Shown here in pieces: positions 57,550 to 64,000 of a stretch of 64,000 bases of DNA. Below the pieces are notes generated by a model. That model did not search any database and was not told the DNA's origin. It saw nothing but the letters and a program-made list of their open reading frames with translations. Both the position numbers and the translations under genes were made by a program. The stretch's first letter is position 1; each line of letters starts with the position of its first letter. The stretch is from a virus (Duplodnaviria; Heunggongvirae; Uroviricota; Caudoviricetes). The DNA is taken from IMG/VR virus record IMGVR_UViG_3300042892_003674; one strand, written 5' to 3'.

Positions 57550-58521
57550 ATGAGAGTAGATTTAGTAATTGATGGTAACTACATTTTAAGTAAGTTAGTT
57601 TTTACCCTACACAAACACAACTTACTTTTCGGTGGATTACACAAAGCATTAGAAGCAGCAGTTGGTAATTACAGAAAGTGGTACCCTTTCACAAATATTT
57701 ATTTAGTATCAGATTCAAAAGAAAAATCTTGGAGAAAAGATTATACTGATAACTACAAAGGTACAAGAAAAAAAGATACTGACATTGACTGGAACTTTGT
57801 TTACACTGCTTATGACGAGTTTAAACAATCTTTAAAAGGTCAAATGATCGTATTAGAAGCACCAAAGGTGGAAGGAGATGACTGGATCAGCTACTTAGTT
57901 GAGAAAGCAAATGAAGAAGAAAGATGTGTTATTATAGTTTCAAATGACTATGATATTAAACAACTAGTAAATTATCGTTTAAATCCACTAACAATAAACA
58001 TAATGACGAATGAGATGTATAACAAAGAGAAGTTATTTCTACCTAGAAATTATCAAATCTTTGTCAATAAGGTTACTAAGCTTCCAAATGATGACATCTT
58101 TAATCTCAATGATAATACAGAGTTTTTATTACTATTGAATAAGTTTATTGATAAGTATGAGATACACGAAATAAATCCTATTGAATCTTTAATTGTAAAG
58201 ATTATTTCAGGTGACCAAAGTGATAACATTGGTTCAGTTTGGAGTGTTACCAAAAATGGTAAGAAAAGAGGAATTGGGGCAGCAGGCGCTCAAACAATTT
58301 ATAATGAGTATATTTCTGAATTTGGTGAGGTTAGTTTAACTGATCCTGACTTATATGAAAACATTGCAGATTTAATTTGTGAGAAAAAGAAGTTAAGTAA
58401 AAATCAAATAGAACCAATTGTAACAAACATTGAAAAAAATGTAAAACTAATTGATTTAAGATTGATAAACTTACCAGATGAGATTATAGAGAAAATGAAT
58501 CAAGTTTATAATAATAGATAA
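57550..58521 (+). CDS. rnh: T4 RNase H-like 5'-3' exonuclease (FEN/PIN-like)
   Basis: IDGN, SWRK, YKGTR, EGDD, SNDYD.KQL, GDQSDNI. Confidence 0.85.
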   Translation: MRVDLVIDGNYILSKLVFTLHKHNLLFGGLHKALEAAVGNYRKWYPFTNIYLVSDSKEKSWRKDYTDNYKGTRKKDTDIDWNFVYTAYDEFKQSLKGQMIVLEAPKVEGDDWISYLVEKANEEERCVIIVSNDYDIKQLVNYRLNPLTINIMTNEMYNKEKLFLPRNYQIFVNKVTKLPNDDIFNLNDNTEFLLLLNKFIDKYEIHEINPIESLIVKIISGDQSDNIGSVWSVTKNGKKRGIGAAGAQTIYNEYISEFGEVSLTDPDLYENIADLICEKKKLSKNQIEPIVTNIEKNVKLIDLRLINLPDEIIEKMNQVYNNR

Positions 58522-58907
58522 TGGCAGAATTGATAGACGTTTTTAACGCAATGATTAAAAGAGGTAATTGGGAAGCGATCACCGTTGAAGAAAAAGAAAA
58601 AAACTTTTTCATATTTAACAGGTACTTTTCGAAGAAGTACCCAGTACAAGCACAACTTTTAAACTTAAAAAACATAGATAAAGTAGTCGCTATGGAACTT
58701 TGGTATCAGTTTATGAAGAATGAACCTTATCCCAGTTATTTCTGGTCTAAAAGTGAGAAAAATGATAAACCGATACTTGCACCAAAGGATTACAAAATAC
58801 TATTGGTGAGTTTAAAGATTAAACCAGATGATTTAGATTACTTAATTGAGAAACATTTCGATTTCGTTAAAGAAGAATTATCATATCTAAAAAAAGTAAA
58901 TACATAA
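58521..58907 (+). CDS. putative clamp-loader small subunit (gp62-like)
   Basis: FFIFNRYFS...LN...K.....WY.F.......FWSK pattern and position among replication genes. Confidence 0.45.
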   Translation: MAELIDVFNAMIKRGNWEAITVEEKEKNFFIFNRYFSKKYPVQAQLLNLKNIDKVVAMELWYQFMKNEPYPSYFWSKSEKNDKPILAPKDYKILLVSLKIKPDDLDYLIEKHFDFVKEELSYLKKVNT

Positions 58908-58921
58908 AAATAAAATATAAT

Positions 58922-59476
58922 ATGAGTACAGAAGTTATAAATAAAACAGACATGAAGTGGTATGTAGTACGTACCCAGGGTAACCGTGAAAAATCAGTTG
59001 GAGAGCGTCTTACAAAAGAAGCTGAGAAAGGAGATCTTATAGGTAAAGTAGGACAAGTAATTGTACCACTTGAAAAGATTGTTTATCTTAAAGATGGTAA
59101 GAAAGTTCAAAAAGATAAAATTATGTTACCTGGTTATATCTTTATGGAAACGAATTCATTAGGAGAACTTAAATACTTTTTAAAAAGTGTTAAAGGTGTT
59201 GCTGGTTTCTTAACTGAAAGAAATGGTGATATTAAATCTCTTACTGAAAATGAAGTAAATAGAATGATTGGTAGACATACAGAATCAATGAATAAAGAAA
59301 CAACAATTACATTTATTGTTGGTGAAGAAGTTATGATCAACGAAGGACCATTTACTTCAATGAAAGCTACTATTGAGAAAATAGAAGACCAGAAAGTAAC
59401 TCTAGCAGTTTCAATTTTCGGAAGAAAAACTCCATTGACTTTGGATTTACACCAGATTGATAAAATCCATGGATAA
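58922..59476 (+). CDS. nusG: transcription elongation factor NusG
   Basis: KWYVVRT..NRE, LPGYIF, V.GV.GFL, KOW GEEV.I.EGPF, VSIFGRKTP. Confidence 0.92.
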   Translation: MSTEVINKTDMKWYVVRTQGNREKSVGERLTKEAEKGDLIGKVGQVIVPLEKIVYLKDGKKVQKDKIMLPGYIFMETNSLGELKYFLKSVKGVAGFLTERNGDIKSLTENEVNRMIGRHTESMNKETTITFIVGEEVMINEGPFTSMKATIEKIEDQKVTLAVSIFGRKTPLTLDLHQIDKIHG

Positions 59477-59681
59477 TCGATCTTTAATTAGTAAGATAAA
59501 CAAAGCAGCAAACGCAATTAGCAGATCTTCTATAAGAGGTTCTGCTAATTATGTTGTTACATCAAAAGAAACTTATGAAGAGTTTCATAAGATATTAAGG
59601 AGACATAGAAGAGTTGAGAAAATTAAAAGAATAATGAAATGGAAAAGAAAAAACAAGAAAGATACGATCAAGTATATCTAA
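59469..59681 (+). CDS. small protein resembling a gp23-type major capsid protein fragment, with C-terminal R-tag
   Basis: LISKINKAANAISRSSIRGSANYVVTS resembles the conserved gp23 segment (..E/K-ANxIA/HRxTxRGxGNF/WxxxS); then RVEKIKRIM. Confidence 0.5.
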   Translation: MDNRSLISKINKAANAISRSSIRGSANYVVTSKETYEEFHKILRRHRRVEKIKRIMKWKRKNKKDTIKYI

Positions 59682-60052
59682 ATATGGCTCATGAGTGGGC
59701 AACACTTTCACATTGTACAAGAAAACAAGTAGGTGCAATAATAGTTAAAAATGGTATGATAGTATCAGATGGTTACAATGGGACACCTACAGGGTTCGAT
59801 AACTGTTGTGAGACGAATGATGAAACTAATTGGTTCGTTATTCACGCAGAAGCAAATGCTATCTTAAAATGTGCTAAACACGGTCAATCGTGTGATGGTG
59901 CTACATTATATCAAACACATTCTCCGTGTAGAGATTGTTCTAAATTAGTTCTTCAATCAGGAATTAAAAGATTAGTTTATCACGAAGATTATAAAGATAT
60001 AACTGGTGTAGAGTTTTTAAGAGAAGCTGGAGTAGAAATAGTTAAAATATAA
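59639..60052 (+). CDS. dCMP deaminase
   Basis: S.C.RKQVGA, GYNG, HAEANAI, SPCRDC. Confidence 0.92.
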   Translation: MEKKKQERYDQVYLNMAHEWATLSHCTRKQVGAIIVKNGMIVSDGYNGTPTGFDNCCETNDETNWFVIHAEANAILKCAKHGQSCDGATLYQTHSPCRDCSKLVLQSGIKRLVYHEDYKDITGVEFLREAGVEIVKI

Positions 60053-60516
60053 TGTATAGTAGAATTATAAACGGAATAAACCAAACTTATAAAGGTTCGT
60101 TAGTACCCATCGATAATTATTGTTTGGAAGGATTAGTAGCCTTTGTAGAAAACTCACGATTACTTGGAGGAACTGGTATTACTGCTAAATTTGACTTATC
60201 ATTATGGATGAATGATTTTCTTATTAAACATGTTGATAAGATTTCTTATACTACTATAACACCAAGTTTTTCTATACAGAGTTTAGAAGATGGTAGACTA
60301 ACTGAAAAAGTTATCGCAGTTAAAAGTATAACATTCAATAGTGATGCTGAACTTGATGATTTCTTCGAAAATCAAATAGGTAAAAAACTAGTGGTATACA
60401 CCATCGGTAAGTTTATTGATTTAAGTAATATGGCAATTTCTTATGAGTTAAGATATGCTGATATAACTTTAAAAAGTGAACAAAGAGAAATTAAATTAAA
60501 TAAAATACTACAATAA
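60052..60516 (+). CDS. hypothetical protein with C-terminal R-tag
   Basis: ends REIKLNKILQ. Confidence 0.6.
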   Translation: MYSRIINGINQTYKGSLVPIDNYCLEGLVAFVENSRLLGGTGITAKFDLSLWMNDFLIKHVDKISYTTITPSFSIQSLEDGRLTEKVIAVKSITFNSDAELDDFFENQIGKKLVVYTIGKFIDLSNMAISYELRYADITLKSEQREIKLNKILQ

Positions 60517-60983
60517 TGGAACTAATTACAACAAGAGTATGTATGGCCTCACAGATAGGAGTACATGGAAATTTATTTGGTGGTGAAATGATGTCAATTT
60601 TAGACGAGTCCGCAGCAGTTTACTGCTGTCAGATTTGTGATACACCAAGAATGGTTACAAAGAAAATTGAAGAAGTAATTTTTCAAAGACCAGTTAAAAC
60701 TGGTAACTTAATCAAAATTTATGGGAGTGTTGAAAGAATAGGTACTACATCTATTACAATAAATCTTGAAGCAAGAAAACATAATGTTTATACAGGAGTT
60801 CAAGATTTAGTTTGTTCAACTAAAATGGTATTCGTTAGAATTGATGATGAAGGAGCACCAGTACCGATTTCAGAGAGAGTTAAGAAAAGATATGATGATA
60901 GAGTTAAATTGTTTGGTAGAGGATTACTAACACCAGAGGAAATGGTTATAGAGAGAAGTAAAAAGAAAAAAGAGGACAAATAG
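60516..60983 (+). CDS. hotdog-fold acyl-CoA thioesterase (YciA-like)
   Basis: HGNLFGGEMMSILDE, F.RPV..G, IGTTSI, FVRID..G.P. Confidence 0.85.
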   Translation: MELITTRVCMASQIGVHGNLFGGEMMSILDESAAVYCCQICDTPRMVTKKIEEVIFQRPVKTGNLIKIYGSVERIGTTSITINLEARKHNVYTGVQDLVCSTKMVFVRIDDEGAPVPISERVKKRYDDRVKLFGRGLLTPEEMVIERSKKKKEDK

Positions 60984-60992
60984 TCCTCTTTT
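60966..60992. terminator. bidirectional intrinsic terminator
   Basis: AAAAGAGGAC-AAATA-GTCCTCTTTT. Confidence 0.8.
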
Positions 60993-60993
60993 A

Positions 60994-61368
60994 TTATTTT
61001 GTTAAGTTTAGTAAACCTCTTTTTACTTGTGGTACACTAAGTTTGTATGATTTACCTTCAAACTCAGCTATGATTGGATAAGTTCTATTTCTCGTTTTGA
61101 TGTCAGTGATAGTGAATGTTTTACCATTTACTACAGTAAATCTACCGATAACATTACCATCAAATCCTAACATTTTAGAAGTATTATCATTTACAGTGAT
61201 AACTCTTTCAGTGATAACTTTAGTTTTAACCGTCATTGTAGTGTTATACTTAGCACTATCATATCTACAAGAACCAAAAGAAATATCTACATTCTCTTCT
61301 CTTGCGATTTGAGCGATTGCTGCTTTGATTTTTGCTTGAACTGAATTGATTTTTGTTGAAGTTATCAT
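60994..61368 (-). CDS. hypothetical phage protein
   Basis: 124 aa; TATATTTG promoter element at 61397-61404. Confidence 0.6.
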   Translation of the reverse strand: MITSTKINSVQAKIKAAIAQIAREENVDISFGSCRYDSAKYNTTMTVKTKVITERVITVNDNTSKMLGFDGNVIGRFTVVNGKTFTITDIKTRNRTYPIIAEFEGKSYKLSVPQVKRGLLNLTK

Positions 61369-61469
61369 ATGTCGTATTTGTTATTTGATTAGAGTACAAA
61401 TATACGGTGATTATTTGATAATAAAAAAAAACAAAGATATTTTTTTCAATATAATAAATAAATTTTATT

Positions 61470-62426
61470 ATGAACCTAAGGAATAAATTAGAAGATCAAA
61501 TTAAACTAAATGGTGGTTGGGTAAATACACATGCACATTTTGACAGAGCATTTTCATTAGATGAAGATTCTGTAAAGCATATTTACTCTGAATTACAAAA
61601 GAAGTGGTCAATTGTTGATACACTAAAACGAAGTTCCTCAGTTGAGGATATTTTTTTGCGTATGCAAAAGGCAACTGAACTAATGGTGTCTCAAGGATGT
61701 CAGGCATTTGGTAGTTTTATTGATGTTGATGAAGCTATTGAAGATAAGGCAATACTTGCGGCAGAAATGCTCAGAAGTAAATGGGATGATAAAATAAAGA
61801 TGAAGTTTGTTAATCAAACACTTAAAGGTGTTATTGATAAGGATGCAAAATATTGGTTTGATAGATCACTTGATTTTGTAGATATTATTGGTGGTTTACC
61901 AGCAAAAGATTCTGGTAATGAAGAAAAACATTTAGATATTATTTTACAAGCAGGTAAAAGATTAAATAAAAGAGTTCATGTTCATGTTGACCAATTCAAT
62001 ACTAGTCAAGAAAGTGAGACTGAATTACTTGCCAAGAAAACAATTCAATGGGGTATGGAAGGAATGGTAACTGCCATTCACTCAATATCAGTTGGTGCAC
62101 ATATTAAAGAAAAACGTCAAGACATTTATAGATTAATGAAAGAAGCTAATTTAAGTGTTATCTCTTGTCCTATTGCTTGGATAGATCACCCAAGAACTGA
62201 GAGATTGGCACCAAGTCATAATTCTATAACACCGGTAGATGAAATGATTGAATGGGGTATTAAAGTGGCAATCGGTACGGATAATATAAATGATGTTTAT
62301 AAACCATTTGGTGATGGTGATATGTGGACAGAAATAAAGGTATTATTAGAAGCATGTAAGATTTACAATGTTGATGTTTTATCAGAGATTGCAACAAAAA
62401 ATGGATTACAAGTTTTAGGACTATAA
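61470..62426 (+). CDS. metal-dependent amidohydrolase, cytosine deaminase (CodA)-like, lacking the beta-sandwich domain
   Basis: NTHAHFDRA, IGGLP, HVHVDQ, AIHS, GTDNI.D...PFG.GD. Confidence 0.8.
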   Translation: MNLRNKLEDQIKLNGGWVNTHAHFDRAFSLDEDSVKHIYSELQKKWSIVDTLKRSSSVEDIFLRMQKATELMVSQGCQAFGSFIDVDEAIEDKAILAAEMLRSKWDDKIKMKFVNQTLKGVIDKDAKYWFDRSLDFVDIIGGLPAKDSGNEEKHLDIILQAGKRLNKRVHVHVDQFNTSQESETELLAKKTIQWGMEGMVTAIHSISVGAHIKEKRQDIYRLMKEANLSVISCPIAWIDHPRTERLAPSHNSITPVDEMIEWGIKVAIGTDNINDVYKPFGDGDMWTEIKVLLEACKIYNVDVLSEIATKNGLQVLGL

Positions 62427-62440
62427 AAAAAAATTAAAAT

Positions 62441-63775
62441 ATGAAGCTTTGGACTAAAGGATTTGATACAAATAAAGAGATTGAGAGATTTACGGTAGGT
62501 AAAGATCGTGAAATGGATTTGATGATGGCTAAGTTTGATGTATTTGGATCATTGGCACATATAAAGATGTTGCAGAGTATTAATCTTCTAACTTTAGAAG
62601 AACATGATATTCTTAAAAAAGAACTTTTAATCATCTTAGATGAGATTAAAAATAATAATTTTCAAATAGAAGAAAATATAGAAGATGTTCATTCACAAGT
62701 GGAGCTTCTTCTTACTAGAAGAGTAGGTGAGATTGGTAAAAAGATTCATAGTGGTAGATCTAGAAATGACCAAGTTCTTTTAGATTTAAAATTATTTATT
62801 CGTGATAAAATAACAGATGTGGTAAAGATAAGTAATGAACTTTTCAATACACTTATTGAACTTAGTGAAGAGTATAAAGATGTTATGATGCCAGGTTATA
62901 CTCATTATCAAGTTGCAATGCCATCTTCATTTGGACTTTGGTTTGCTTGTTGGGCAGAAAGTTTAGTAGATGATATAACACAACTTGAAGCGGCTTATAA
63001 AATTACTAATAAGAATCCATTAGGTTCTGCAGCTGGTTATGGTTCTTCTTTTCCATTAAATAGAACTTTAACAACTGAGTTATTAGGATTTGATACATTA
63101 AATTATAATGTTGTTTATGCTCAAATGGGTAGAGGTAAGGTAGAAAGAATTGTATCACAAGCTCTATCATCAATTGCACAAACTTTAAGTAAGATGTCAC
63201 AGGATGTATGTTTGTTCACTAATCAAAATTATGAATTTATGAAATTACCTAATGAGATTACAACTGGTTCAAGTATTATGCCACATAAGAAAAATCCAGA
63301 TGTTTTTGAATTAGTAAGAGCGAAGTGTAATAAATTAAGTTCACTATCTAATGAAATAACACTAATAACAACTAATTTGTCATCTGGATATCACAGAGAT
63401 TTACAAATGATTAAAGAAAGTTTTATGCCAGCATTTGATGATTTAATTGATTGTTTACAAATAAGTAATTACTCACTTAAACAAATCTCAGTAAATAAGG
63501 AAATACTTAATGATGATAGATATAAATATTTATTCTCAGTTGAAGAGGTGAACAATTTAGTTCTACAAGGTAAAAGTTTTAGAGATGCTTATCGTGAAGT
63601 TGGTGATAACATAGAGTCTGGTAAATATGATTTTGATAATAAGACAACTAATCATACCCATGAAGGAAGTATTGGGAACTTATGTAATGAACAAATAAGA
63701 AATCAAATGCAACTAATAATTGAGAAGTTTAATTTTGATAAGGTTGATAAAGCTATAGAAAGTTTATGTAAATAA
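62441..63775 (+). CDS. argH: argininosuccinate lyase
   Basis: KLW, EDVH, HSGRSRNDQ, MPGYTH, GSSIMPHKKNPD, YHRDLQ. Confidence 0.95.
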   Translation: MKLWTKGFDTNKEIERFTVGKDREMDLMMAKFDVFGSLAHIKMLQSINLLTLEEHDILKKELLIILDEIKNNNFQIEENIEDVHSQVELLLTRRVGEIGKKIHSGRSRNDQVLLDLKLFIRDKITDVVKISNELFNTLIELSEEYKDVMMPGYTHYQVAMPSSFGLWFACWAESLVDDITQLEAAYKITNKNPLGSAAGYGSSFPLNRTLTTELLGFDTLNYNVVYAQMGRGKVERIVSQALSSIAQTLSKMSQDVCLFTNQNYEFMKLPNEITTGSSIMPHKKNPDVFELVRAKCNKLSSLSNEITLITTNLSSGYHRDLQMIKESFMPAFDDLIDCLQISNYSLKQISVNKEILNDDRYKYLFSVEEVNNLVLQGKSFRDAYREVGDNIESGKYDFDNKTTNHTHEGSIGNLCNEQIRNQMQLIIEKFNFDKVDKAIESLCK

Positions 63776-63801
63776 AAAAATCCACCTTAGGGTGGATTTT
63801 T
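63774..63801. terminator. bidirectional intrinsic terminator
   Basis: AAAAATCCACC-TTAG-GGTGGATTTTT. Confidence 0.85.
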
Positions 63802-63805
63802 AATT

Positions 63806-64000
63806 CTATTCATTTAATATCTGATTTAATTTTTCTTCACGTTCATCTTGTAAGGTATATAACATAACATCTTTATGTTCAACCCAGTTATTTATATAAC
63901 TATTTTTAGTTCGTACTCTATATTCAAGTTTATAACTACTTTTAATACTTGGTATTATGTATCTTTCATTTATATCTATGATAAATCCAATATGATAAAA
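63806..64000 (-). CDS. hypothetical protein, 5'-truncated by window edge, with C-terminal R-tag
   Basis: Open frame to TAG at 63806-63808; ends LQDEREEKLNQILNE. Confidence 0.7.
   Translation of the reverse strand, partial: FYHIGFIIDINERYIIPSIKSSYKLEYRVRTKNSYINNWVEHKDVMLYTLQDEREEKLNQILNE

Noticed and set aside
1514-63200. Antisense and alternate-frame ORFs in the track (e.g. 1514..1942, 16442..16777, 28676..29050, 31432..31824, 38257..39207, 43942..44337, 47400..47693)
   Set aside because: They overlap well-supported genes almost entirely and show the Ser/Phe/Leu/Ile-rich composition expected of shadow frames.
1-64000. Stop-codon reassignment as in some megaphages
   Set aside because: Known enzymes are full length in code 11, coding density is high, and TAG ends genes at sensible positions (e.g. 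42471, 60983).
17317-64000. C-terminal R-tag as a DNA-level repeat or recombination site
   Set aside because: Synonymous codons differ between copies (AGA/CGT/AGG for Arg), and only the amino-acid pattern is constant.

Overview
This 64 kb window is very AT-rich, gene-dense DNA read in the standard code 11, and looks like part of a T4-like jumbo/mega-phage. Phage hallmarks include a gp6-like baseplate wedge, a tail fibre, a type IIA topoisomerase large subunit, a T4-type RNase H and a probable gp62-like clamp-loader subunit. Host-like genes include prs, gmk, ppk2, a CCA-adding enzyme, dCMP deaminase, a CodA-like amidohydrolase, argH, nusG, a J-domain protein and a Skp-like protein. Repeated TAnnTTTG promoters, three with TTTG exactly 19 nt upstream, point to a Bacteroidota host. 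The most striking structure is two mutually exclusive peptide tags on unrelated proteins. (1) About 22 proteins start with MK[YH][LI]Kx[FY]xx[FY]x(0-3)E, resembling the T4 internal-protein capsid-targeting sequence. They are mostly preceded by a phage ATATATA promoter motif and include PPK2, the CCA enzyme, a retropepsin-like protease and a masked pre-lipoprotein. (2) About 19 other proteins end with R[DE]xK[IL]xx[IL]L, a tag of unknown function conserved at the protein level. Also notable are a putative tRNA 3'-end repair cluster and a small gene resembling a major-capsid fragment fused to tag 2. I saw no CRISPR array, tRNA or rRNA. All family calls come from recognising motifs by eye, not from database searches.
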